Shown in pieces: positions 1 through 11,495 of a stretch of DNA of 64,000 nucleotides (its first letter is position 1; the number at the start of each line of letters is the position of its first letter). The position numbers and the translations under genes are program-made. This stretch comes from Saccostrea cucullata (taxonomy: Eukaryota), in assembly GCF_032062105.1 (NCBI RefSeq), contig NW_026927339.1, forward strand, positions 186,001 to 250,000, read 5' to 3'. A model generated the notes under the pieces. The model had not been told where the DNA came from. It saw only the letters and a program-made list of their open reading frames with translations, and ran no database searches.

Positions 1-308
1 TGATTCATTTTGCTTATCGTGAATACTATCTGTTGTAATTTAATTTCAGTACTGATTTCTATAATTTGTTTGGGGTTGCCGTTTCTACCACAGTCGTGAT
101 CTCTGAAGGTTAGTGAAACATCGTTTCTTTTCAGGATTTTCTTTGAACAACGTGGAGTGTATTTTCCTTGTTTCACAGATCCTGCTTTCTTAGTTAAACT
201 GCATTGTTGAAAATATAGAATACCTGAATTTAATAGCATATCTTCTCTTTTACCACTGCAAAAGTTTTAAAGACATCGGAGATTAAATTGATATACTTCA
301 ACTAAATT

Positions 309-484
309 ATGGATGATTCGATAGTCACATAAAGTTTAACAGCTTAGATCAGCAGCAATCATGGATGATTCGATCGTCACATAAAATGTACCATCTTGGA
401 TCAGCAGCAATCATGGATGATCCTATCGTCACATAAAATATACCAGCTTAGATCAGTAGCAATCATGGGTGATTCGGTCGTCAC
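309..484. repeat. 52-bp tandem repeat, about 3.4 copies
   Basis: Units start ATGG(A/G)TGAT at 309, 361, 413 and 465. Confidence 0.9.
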
Positions 485-979
485 TTTGATCTTATAATTA
501 TTTGATAATCTTAGCATCTTCTTTGCTTGTCCTGTACATTGTTTTTAAAATAAATTTTTATTCACTTTTTTCATTATTATTTGTTATATTTTCAACTCGT
601 TTAGAATGAGATTTGGAATTATCAAGATTAAAGATTATTCTTTTTAAAGTAATTGGACTTAATTTATTAGCAATATTAAATAAATATTAATAATTTATTT
701 AATAAAACCAATTTTTCCCATAAATATATATAAAATGTTCAGAAATTTTATCATTCCTCTTAAGAATACATTAGACTAAATACGTAAATACAGGTAAATC
801 TAAATCATAATGCTGACTATAATTGTTATAAAAACACATTTTACACCTCTGTTCTATATCTAATTATTAAATGTGTGCAAAACGGGAACACACTATAAAA
901 AAATTAAAATAAATAACATTAAAGACAATGCATACATGTTAGGTACATCATCTCTTTGATAATGCTTAAGAAAACTCAC

Positions 980-2706
980 AAATAGATGTTAGCCTGCTGC
1001 ATTGCCCAGTGACTTTATCACATGTAAGCTCGCAAGGTTTGTGGCATTTTGATATACACAGACGTCCAAAGTAACCTTCTGGACAGGATTCGCTGCAGTT
1101 AATTCCATATGTTCCAACTTTACAAACTTTGAATATGAATTATGGATTTATTCTATGAAATGTATGGAGATATTTAAGATCAAAATCATAAAACAATACA
1201 AAATAGGAGCAAAGCAGACAGGGGACCCCAAGACATCAGAGGAGGGATCAGGTGCCATGGAGGAGTGAGCATCCCTCTATGATACTTTCTTAGTGTACTA
1301 GTAAGGCGATGATATTAAATTGTAAAGAGAAATATCTTTTTTTAACTTCCAGACCATTCATACTGTACCTGTACATACGCCATTTTTAATATGGTAGCCT
1401 GAACAACAACTGGATCTAGAAAAAAAAAATAGAAAATATTTTCATTTTGCAAAATTAATTTATGGATTGAACTATAATGTTGTTTAATTTAATATAATTT
1501 AATTTTACTTGTATTCTAGCCTCTCATCGGTTGATTTCCAAAAAGAAACGAAAATTAATCTGACAATGTATGATCTGGTTTAGAATGGAGACACACTCCC
1601 TTGACAACCAGCTGAATCATCTGTATCCATGCAACCCTCTTATTTCTCGTCCTCGGAATTCATGGAAAATTCCAGATTTAATAAAATAATGTACCTTTAA
1701 CTTCAAACAGTAGCTCTCCTAACAAAAATATTCCATAGTAAAATATAGTTAACTATAGAACCAAAATTAAAACTTTTGAACTTTGATTAATTATGGTGAA
1801 ACTTTGGAACTCTGATTTACTTTGGTAAAAACTTTGGAACTTTGATTTACTATAGTGAAAACTTTGGAAGTTTGATTTACTATGGTGAAAACTTTGGAAC
1901 TTTGATTTACTAAAGTGAAAACTTTGGAACTTAAAAAAAACAGACAAAATACATAGGCTTATTTTTAACATTTTGCTATTCCCCATAAAGTTAACCTGAC
2001 TTAGAATATTTTTCTGAGTTATATATTACACTATAATTTAATTTGGTAGTAATGCATCATTTAATTGGATAAAAAATTAATCTAAATTGTAAAATCTGGT
2101 TTGCCTACGTCATAATTATGTACGTCGAAAACGTATCAATCCGCTTGGCGATACGTTTAAAATATGAAAAATTTGTAGGCGTTCTAAGGGAGAACTTCTC
2201 TTGTTTTATATACTCAATGATTGAAAATTAAATTGTAGGGAATGAATTAAATAGCAATCAAAATTATACTGCCATTACCTGGGTTGGAGCAGTATACTTT
2301 TTTTATAAACCACGAAGCGTAAGCGTATTTCATTTTCCTTGAATTTGGAGAAAACCTACTAAGAATTATCCTTTATCCAAACCAGTGACATAATATTAAG
2401 TCTCCTCCAAAGAAAAAAATTGTTGTATCGTCTGTCCTTTACTTATATACCTTTTATAAAGAGGAATTTGCAGTATTAATGTGTCAATATTTCTGTTAAT
2501 AGCATGTTTATAGAGAACCATTAGGCATAAAGCAATGCTATCATACCATGCATAGTTGAGAAATTTATGAATGCTAAATCATTATGATAACAAAGTGATA
2601 CTTACCCACACTGGTTACGATCATGTGTAATCTGACAAATAATTAAAGTAAAAATTTGAGCAAAACACACAAAAATTACAGTTTTTAGAAACTTCTTTGT
2701 ATTCAT
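980..2706 (-). CDS. R1: mini MEGF10/Draper/Nimrod-like receptor, partial. Exons 2706-2606, 1415-1369, 1126-980; downstream exons not identified in the window
   Basis: Spliced translation MNTKKFLKTVIFVCFAQIFTLIICQITHDRNQCG|SSCCSGYHIKNGVCT|VCKVGTYGINCSESCPEGYFGRLCISKCHKPCELTCDKVTGQCSRLTSI. GT-AG introns have the same phases (2,1,1) and cysteine spacing as the paralogues. The EGF exon is 15 nt longer because the usual donor position lacks GT. Confidence 0.85.
1497..1716 (+). repeat. Dispersed repeat of about 210 bp, second copy at about 23900-24105
   Basis: Shared GGTTGATTTCCAAAAAGAAACG, CCCTTGACAACCAGCTGAATCATCTGTATCCAT and TGTACCTTTAACTTCAAA. Confidence 0.85.
1770..1932. repeat. 30-bp minisatellite, about 5.5 copies
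   Basis: AAAACTTTGGAACTTTGATTTACTATGGTG units; these account for ORF 1753..1986. Confidence 0.9.
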
Positions 2707-3109
2707 TTCTGTTTTGTCCGTTTAGATTCTCCGTAACAAAGTTCATTCGAGGAAAATAAATTATTTGAATTTTTTTCCTTTATCACTTTATCAAAGGTTC
2801 AATAGAACATCGTACTTCCTGTTCAAAAATAAAAAAAAAAATTATAAATGGAATCAGCGATGGAAGTCATTTGTATGAACAACTAGTAATAGACTAAGCA
2901 TGGGAATGTGCAACAGACAACGGGTTATAAGGAAGCATAAAGAAAATTCTAACTTGACTAAATCAGGGATACATTTTGACGTCATGGTAGGCAAGACGTC
3001 AATTTTAGAACACGAGTTTTTCTAATACTGGTATTTAAAGATGTAATGTAACCCTAGAAAATGAATAGAAACGTGTGATCATTAACAAGAAAATGTTTAT
3101 ATTATGATA

Positions 3110-4396
3110 TTATGTTATGCATCTGTCATTTTGATTAAAATCTACCACTGATTATGTCATATGTGTACATCAAGTAACTTAGGTCGTGTATAGAGAATTT
3201 GGCCAAGAAAGACGGCATGTACAGAGACGTAAAATGGAGTTTAAAAGCAAATATCGTTAAAAATTTTTAAATTACATATGGAGTTCAGTTATTTAAACAT
3301 ACATTTTTTTCAATCAATTATATTTTCGAAGACAGTTAGCTATACACGTATTCCGTTCGGCCTTTCCTCTGTCATTCGTGACAAAAATGATGCAACAGAA
3401 CAACAATAGGCTTGATATTTTAAAAAATAAGATTTGTACAGATGGAAAGTTTGCCTTATGAAATACTATCGTCAACTTCCCTTACTTATGCAGCAATATA
3501 CCTTCATCATCTGCATACGGAGTATATATATCTCAGTTGATTCGATACGCAAGAGCGTGCTCTACGTATGAGCAATTTCTTAAACGAGGTAAATTATTGA
3601 CAAGCAAGTTGATGAAACAAGAATATCAACAGTCTCGTTGAAAGTCATCATTTCGTAAATTCTGTGGTCGATACAATGACCTTGTCAGCAAATACAATTT
3701 ATCATTGAGTCAAATGCTGACTGACGTTTTTCATACCACTTGTTAGTCCATTATTTATACACTGAATTGACGACGGATTTTTTCCGTTAATTCCTGATCA
3801 AGACAACAAGCACACGGCGGGTGTGACCGGTCGGCAGGGGATGCTCACTCCTCCATGGCACCTGATCCCACCTCTGATGTTTCAGAGGTCCGTGTTTGCT
3901 CTGCTCTTATTTTGTATATTGTTTAATGGACGTTGAGATTGAATACTGTTCGTTATCTCCATATCCTTCTTGGAAAGTGCTGCTAATATCCAGTGTTATG
4001 CATGTTTTTACGAAAATTCTAGGTTCATATGAATAATATTTAAAACACCGGATAATTTGTCGTGCGAATGTGTGGAATAATTATTTTTCTGACAGAACAG
4101 TGGGATTCTAGTATCACTTTTTAGGCAAAATAGATGTTTTTCAACTATAGTATTTACTCAGAGAAATTATTGAACTCCGGGTTATTGTTGGTCTGTTAGC
4201 ATTTTTATTAAGGACCATTTTGCTATTAATAGAATTTATGTGATGCTATGGTGGTGGTGCACGTCCGATGTTAGACACTTTTTTATCTTTATGCAATGGT
4301 TAATAATAGTTTACGTTCATTAGCAGTTCTGGTCAATTATCAAACTTAGTTTTCTTAAAACAGTTTAAATTTCCCGATAAATGATTTATATGCTTC
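3110..4396 (+). repeat. Dispersed repeat of about 800 bp (interrupted here by a Penelope-like insert); inverted uninterrupted copy at 54322-55138
   Basis: Collinear reverse-complement matches, e.g. TTTGTACAGATGGAAAGTTTGC, GGTGGTGGTGCACGTC and TTTTTAGGCAAAATAGATGTT. Confidence 0.85.
3466..3969 (+). mobile_element. Penelope-like element 3' end (RT C-terminus plus conserved 3' tail), inserted in another repeat
   Basis: IVNFPYLCSNIPSSSAYGVYISQLIRYARACSTYEQFLKRGKLLTSKLMKQEYQQSR*KSSFRKF, followed by the tail GGGTGTGACCGGTCGGCAGGGGATGCTCACTCCTCCATGGCACCTGATCCCACCTC. Assignment to PLE is from motif recognition. Confidence 0.8.
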
Positions 4397-4699
4397 CTTA
4401 ACATACCTGCTAAAATAGGTATATGTATATATATGATTTTTAGATGATGTTGATGTTGTAACATTACTATTTTGTATTCATGAAAACACACTTGTCGCAT
4501 CTTAAGATTTCAGATTGATCGGGGCTGTAAACTAAAGTGGTTTTAAACAAAACCAAAGATTACTTTACTAACAGAACTCCTTAGATTCTAAAATACCTAT
4601 GTTGATATATAGAACAGAATTTCTTCTCACTACTTGAAAATATACTAAATTAAATTAAAGATATAATTTTTCTGTGTTCATAGTAACATTTGATATAAC

Positions 4700-5107
4700 A
4701 AATACTATGGAATCGTCGTTGTTCGTTGGGAGCAATGTTAGTGTATTCGTATCATGAATTTGCATCCCAAATGATCATATTTTGTCTTAATATTTATTAA
4801 TAGGATTATCTGAATATACGAGTTGTCCTTGAAATTACTATTCCACGAGCCAAAAGAAAAGTGCTCACCAAGGAACATAACCCCAACGAATTAAAATGAT
4901 AATAAATACTATGGAATCGTCGTTGTTCGTTGGGAGCAATGTTAGTGTATTCGTATCATGAATTTGCATCCCAAATGATCATATTTTGTCTTAATATTTA
5001 TTAATAGGATTATCTGAATATACGAGTTGTCCTTGAAATTACTATTCCACGAGCCAAAAGAAAAGTGCTCACCAAGGAACATAACCCCAACGAATTAAAA
5101 TGATAAT
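4700..5107. repeat. Apparently exact 204-bp tandem duplication
   Basis: AATACTATGGAATCGTCG...GAATTAAAATGATAATA at 4700-4903 and 4904-5107. Confidence 0.92.
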
Positions 5108-7514
5108 ATATAATATATATTATAACAGTTTATTATATTCATATGATGCTTTGAAAATACCATGAAATTGTTTACTGAATTAAGGTCAAATAAGAAATAA
5201 AATAAATATAAATATCGGAATCTCATAACCTGAAAATTTTAATTAATGGCATACTTTAAAAATGATTATTGATAATCTCGAAAGCCACAAAAATGTATAA
5301 ATAGAAATAGAATGAATGGAGATAATAAATAGTATTCAAGAATGAATGGAGATAATGAATTGTTTTGAAGATTAAAAATCCATTAAACAATGATAAAAAA
5401 GGAGCAGAGCAAACACGGGCTTCAAAAAATAAGAGGTGGGATCAGGAGCCATGGATGTGTTAGCATACCCTGCCGACCGGTCACAACCGCCGTGTGCTTA
5501 TTATCATGATTGGGAAATAACGGAAAATGAAATGAAAAACAATACTAGTCCATAGCTAGATTCCAGAATGAAAGCTTCTTTTTGTGATTATGGATGTTGC
5601 CCAGTAGACGTTCTTCATATTAAATGTGTTTCAGAAGATAATTCTGAATCTTCTCGTCGGTTCGTTTGCATAAAATTTGCATGCAAAAGAATAGATGCTG
5701 TAAACATAAGTATTGTTCTTAATCATCATAATATATAATGGCATTTTGCATTCCAGTACATTTTAAGTTGGTGGCTACCCTGCATTTTCTCCAAATATTC
5801 CCAAAATGACTTTTTAATTATAATTAACATTTAATAATAACATGTAAAAAATCCTCTCAATATGATTGCTTTTCGTTTTCTTTTAACCACTGGGCACTTC
5901 ATTATTGGTGATATATAGGATCTCCTATGGTTTGTTATCCCCGAGCTTTGATGAAACATAAAAAATCATATCCAACTACAAATAATCGGAGATTCTTTTT
6001 ATCCCGTGTTAAATACTTCACAACTAATGTTTTACACTAGTTTTATATTGGACTCCTCTTTGTTTTATAAATTTATTTATCCCGTGTATAAATACTCCTT
6101 TATCACATGGATATAACTCATTTGATATTTTTTGATATTCACACTTAAGTGCAGTTATGACGTCATAATTGTTATTGCGTTAGCCTGATGAAGTATAATA
6201 GCGTTGATTCCAATATAAAAACGGCTTAAAATATTGGTTGTGAAAAATTAAACATGGAATGAAAATAATCTCCCATGATTTGTCGTTGATTTAACTTTTA
6301 TCCAAATCGATGTGTGTTTTTATCCCCTCGCCAAGGCTCAGAGATAAAATAAAACACGCAACTTGTTGGATAGACGAAGGGATAAAAACACACAAGGTGT
6401 TGGATAAAAATCATATTCAACTATGTGTACAAATCATGGGATATCTTACATATATTTGAAAATGAAGAAATTAAAGCAAAAAGTGTAAAAAAAAAAAAAA
6501 AAAATTATCTGATCAACTTCATTTCCTTTATGAGTTCTGTCGAAAATTATGACAAGCTATGGGCTAAATATTTATAATTTTGAAATTTTGAAATAAAAAA
6601 AAATCATTTGATTAAAGATATGAATAGACACACTTATTCATGGAGCATTTTGATTTAATGAGATACCAAATACCATTATCATTCTACATTTTTGATTTGG
6701 ACTGAGATTGGCATGCTTTGTATTCTCCGCCTCGTCATGCATGTTGTCAGAACTTGATCAGTGATGAAAGTGATGGAAGCTGTTTCTTTATTTTATCAAA
6801 TATATATTTTCTACAGTACTTTTGAAGTAACTCCTTTGCCTTTTTCTTTATAAAATTCTTGTGCTCGGTAAGTATCTATAGAAGATTTTTATAGATTTTT
6901 TATGAGTTTTCATAATATTAAGTATGCTTTTATCACTAAATTATGACAAATAATGACGTTTATTGGGACAACGAACAGTTTTCAAACTCAAAGTTCCATT
7001 AAACAATACAAATGTTAATAGACTTTTGAGAGAAGCGCTGACCTAAATAGATTACGTTTGAATTAGACATTAAAACCTGTATCATGTACGGAGGAACAGA
7101 ATTGATGAAAGATAAGAAAAACCTGTTTAGTAGTCATAGCTATGGTGTTTGGGGCATGTGAAGGCCGGGAGTTAAGGACAGGTTGGTTGTCGTTTTCTTC
7201 AAGGCCAACTTATATTCGCATTGAACTTATCCATTACTTTCGTTTAAAAAAATGTCGAAATGAATATCTATATCGTAAAGGAGCTTCCGTACATTGCTCT
7301 AGTGAAAAATAAGATGACAACTGTAAAAGTCAGTATTTCCCGCAAAATTCCATAGGAGCAGAGCGAACGAACGTTTTGAATATCAGAGGTGGGATCCTTA
7401 TTTAAATAAAAGTGTCAATTGGTATTTTAGTAAGCTAAATAGATCGGCATATTATTTTTTTAATGTAGAAATAGAATACAATGAAAGTTATGGAAATTCG
7501 ATTTAGAATACAAT

Positions 7515-9624
7515 CTACCAAATATGTCCATAATTGGTGCTATTCCTTTTTCTGTTCTGTTTGCTGATACCTGATGATCGGAAAGTTTTGAAAGACTGAT
7601 TCATTGGGATTCCGGAAATTTCTACACCGCCACTAGTATCTGTAAAGTCATCAAACTCGTCACTATCAAAATCTCCTTCTTCCGGGCATGTCAATTCCTG
7701 CGATACCTTTAACTTCCGGACCAGGCTGTAGCGCTTTTTGGGTTTTGGTTTACTGTATACAACTTCCGGTTTATCTGTTTCAATATTATCTGTGGACGGT
7801 GTAGTTCCCCTACAATTCTGAGCTCTTGGGGGTAGAATGGGGCTGGTTGAGGTGTTATGCTCAAGGTCTTGATACCTTTCGCTATACGTAGAATGCTGGT
7901 TCTGGTTGGATGGCGTGACATAATCTTTAAAAAAATGAAATTTGTTTATAGAGAAAGTTTCCGTAATTGATTAATTTTCTGTAACTTTATTTTTATATTT
8001 TATTATATATAGATATCGCTTAGGTAATCATTTTCCATGTTTTAAATTCTAGTTGTGATTTACCCAATGCCTCGTTTTTCTTCTGTCTGCCTTTACTGAT
8101 AAAAATAAAAAGAAACAAATTAAATATTGATATGAAAACTGAAGTCTTAAATTTTCAACATTCAACCGCAGTATTTTAATGTAAATATCATACGATTTTG
8201 TTTGGCAAACATTGACGATGTTTTTCCTATAAATGTTTTTAAAGGATGCAATTAAAGACTTACCAAACCTTACACAGGAAAAAAAGTCCAACACAACTAC
8301 ATGAAAGGATAACAAGAAGAAAAGAGGCTCCAGCAATGATCCATAGCTTATCCTTCAGGAAGTCCTCTATCTTTTTGTCAATACTGATATTGGTAAAGTT
8401 TGTATTTGTATCAGTACTGCTATTCTTCAAACTTGGAGTTTCTTCAGGGTTACTCTCTGTATTTAATTGTATGTAAAAAAGAGATGATTAAAAAATGAAT
8501 ACAATGCTGGCATACAAATGTTGGCCTGTTTTGAAATTATGCGAATATTTCATATTTCAGATTATCACAACATTGTAAATTTTATATAATTTTCACATTT
8601 CTAACTTATAAAAATATTTTGTCCCCTTGTAGAACATTATAGTGAAACTTTACAATTATGACTACAGTTGTTATTTCTATTCTATTTTGTAAAAAAAAAG
8701 CTGGTTTAGAACATCTGTATATAACTTCAGTATAGTATATAACATTTTTATCTGTGTTTGAACACATGACAGGTCACAGCTATAGACTCTACAAATCAGT
8801 GAATAAAGATCTTTACTACATGTAGTGCCTGGTTCCAAATTACCTGAACATATCCCTGTTGATCTGTTACAACTTTTTAAACATTTTATTGGACATTCTT
8901 TCTTACAGCCTTTCCCATAATAGCCTTCAGAACATGTTCTACTACAGTTGATTCCTTGTGTTCCAGAAGGACATTCTATAAAAGACGGTATATACTTCTG
9001 CCAATACTTTTTAAATGTATTGTCCTAGGATATCATCTCACTATTACTCCTCATGAACTAGACATAAGATGCAGACAATTTTTGATATACTTCTTGCTTA
9101 TCGATTGATTTTTATTCAAGTAACAAAGGGCATAAAAATATAAAACGTAAAAGGATATGAAAAGGAAAAAAGATGTTTTTTTTTGCTTTCCTCTAAAACA
9201 GTTATGTATTTAAGTTAAACCGTGTGGTGGTTCATTAATTTTAGTTATTGTCCTTGATGTAGTTTATACAATGTATAGATAATTTTGCTTTATATATCTT
9301 AAATAAAAACAAAGAAGGAGACTGTGTTTTAGTTGATTTGATTCTTCATCACAGATTCATTTTCTATTCCATGAAAAATCTTTTTTTTTTCTTGTATTAT
9401 TTGATAATTGATGAATGTTACCTGTACATAAATCCTTGTAGAGGAAATAACCAGGGCAGCATTTGCCAGAACTGAAAAATAACAGTAAAAGATTTATTAA
9501 TACCTCCAGCTAAAAGCGTGAATTCCACCTACAAAAAAGGATTTCCTTACCCACACATGTTTGGATCGTTTGTGACAGCCAGATGGACGACACGTAGGAT
9601 CAAAACAAAAAACAGAACGTCCAT
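7515..9624 (-). CDS. R2: complete mini MEGF10/Draper/Nimrod-like type-I receptor, 296 aa. Exons 9624-9551, 9471-9422, 8975-8844, 8456-8264, 8095-8064, 7924-7515
   Basis: 891 nt in frame, all introns GT-AG. MDVLFFVLILRVVHLAVTNDPNMCG|SGKCCPGYFLYKDLCT|ECPSGTQGINCSRTCSEGYYGKGCKKECPIKCLKSCNRSTGICS, then a Ser/Thr/Asn stalk and TM LWIIAGASFLLVILSCSCVGLFFL, basic juxtamembrane KGRQKK, and tail DYVTP..YQDL..PILPPR..VVYSKP..KRYSLV..FDSDEFDD..SFKTF..TNYGHIW*. An in-frame upstream ATG is at 9630. Confidence 0.92.
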
Positions 9625-9660
9625 TTTCATCTTTTGTAATTAAAATTTATTTCAGTGACT

Positions 9661-9714
9661 GCTTCCTGGTTTATCCTAATTCACGACAGATTTATATTTT
9701 TAACAACCAGGAAA
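9661..9714 (-). promoter_or_regulatory. Paired opposite-orientation GGAA (ETS-like) motifs just upstream of the R2 start codon; equivalents upstream of other paralogues
   Basis: Plus-strand TTCCT/CAGGAA pairs: 9661/9707 (R2), 14646/14678 (R3), 21814/21864 (R4), 28105/28153 (R5), 42672/42735 (R7, second site CGGGAA). Single sites at 2814 (R1) and 35208 (R6). Confidence 0.5.
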
Positions 9715-10659
9715 AATGTCCTTCCCTCTTTAGTTGATGCAATTGAAGTATTTATTACTATAGAATATTTCAAAAGTATATATCCTGAAAACATTAAATT
9801 GAAACATATATAATGTTTAAAAAAGATTTTGCAGTACAAAAACTATACCATATTTCACATGTACACTTCCTTCAAAAACATGTTCCGTATGAAATGAGTT
9901 TATTAAGTATACTTTGTCTAGTAATTATACGTAATAGTCTTTATTTATCCAGGATCAGACATTAAGTATTAAGCTATCTATAATTGCTGTTCTGCATTGA
10001 ACCGTAATTTCAATCGAGTGTTGACATATGAAATTTAGCATTTTTAAATAAACACACAATATTAGAAATACAATCACATTTCATACAAAAAGACTACAAA
10101 ATGATCTTGAGAGAAAAAAATGTAATTTAAATGTTGACAAATGAAATATATAGAGATAACGAACAGCATTTAAGACCAAAAGTCCACAAAACAATACAAA
10201 ATAGGAGAGAGTAAACACAGACCTTTAAATCATCAGAGGTGGGGTGGAGGAGTGGGTATCCCTTTCCGACCGGTGTGCTCCTTGTCATGATCAGAAAAAA
10301 CGAAAATATCCGTCGTCAAATGGACTAACAATTAGTATGAAAAACATCATTCAGCATTTGACTCAATGATAAATTGTAATATCTTCGATGTCATTGTATA
10401 GACCAAAGAACTCAAGGAGTAAAACTTGATAAGATTCATAGATTGAAAAAATACTCAGAATTGACGGTTATATGGGCCAAAAGACGAAAGGATAGTCAAA
10501 ATTAAAATTTATGCTATAAAATAAATCGCTTTATATATTTCATCATTTGAATATGACAGTTCATGTGTTTCTTTTGTGTCATTACTGATTATTGATCATG
10601 TAGCACATTTAATTATTTCATGAATTGACTTAAGATTTTTATTATTATTATTTGTTTGT

Positions 10660-11495
10660 GTCCCTCGCAAAGTTGCTAAATCTCTGTGCGTTTCAAAGGG
10701 ACATTGATTTTGAATCAATGCTTTGATTTTGGCAATATCTTGAATTTGAAAAATGCTATAGTACGACCCTCGATTAAGCGACAGAGACTTGACACCATTT
10801 TCGAAGATGAATTCTTAAATTACAGACCTGTTTTAATTTGCCATTTCTATCTAAAGTATAAGAAAAAGCGGTGGCATCCAGACTTGAAAAAGACCTAATC
10901 TTCATGACCACGAGCAGTCGGCCAACCGAAATAGTCACTTTACAGAAACTGCCCTTCTCCTGGTGCACCATGATATTACATCTGCATTAGATAAGAATTC
11001 ATTGTTGATGTCGTAATGCTCCATCCCCTGGCTGTATTCGATTTAATTGTTCATAATATACTAATCAGTCGAATCGAATACGCGTTTGGTATCACAGAAT
11101 CGCTGCTTTTATGAATAGAGTCTTATGTATCTGGTCGACGACAGCAAATTGCGGTAGGGTCGAAATTCTCGAGAGAGTTCCTACTCCAGTTTGGTGTACC
11201 ACAGTGGTCTGTTCTAGAACGTCGTCTATATTGTATGTTTTAAAACCCATCGGAGACATTGCCGGAGACATAACATGTATTATCATTGTTATGCTGATGA
11301 CACACAGGTTTAACTGATTATCAAATCGAAGGACAGTTGGGACAACATTGCGAATAGACTTGAACGGTGTCTGTCTGATTTACAAGACTGGATGCAAAAC
11401 AACATCCTTAAGTTGAACCAGTATTAGACTGAACTCATCATCGTTACCCAAAAACGTATGGCAAATGAGTTTTCAGGACGTAAACTCACTCTTGG
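10660..11495 (+). mobile_element. Degenerate L2/CR1-group LINE reverse-transcriptase fragment
   Basis: Frameshifted RT motifs: NYRPV..FLSKV*EKAVA, TETALL, FGVPQWSVL, YHCYADDTQV, DWMQNNILKLNQY*TELII. Confidence 0.85.

Noticed and set aside
1-200. Open minus-strand frame as a candidate R1 exon 4
   Set aside because: No TM, no paralogue similarity and no phase-compatible convincing acceptor; the remainder of R1 may lie outside the window.
309-484. Regularly spaced repeats resembling a CRISPR array
   Set aside because: Whole 52-bp units repeat with no unique spacers, the context is eukaryotic, and there are no cas genes.
1753-1986. 77-aa ORF with KSKFQSFH repeats
   Set aside because: Translation of a 30-bp intronic minisatellite; no splice or homology support.
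7709-8476. ORF-track ORFs 7709..7921, 8049..8336 and 8246..8476
   Set aside because: Wrong-frame or antisense shadows of the R2 exons. The same applies to 19272..19577, 27354..27554, 31737..31922 and 41611..41853.
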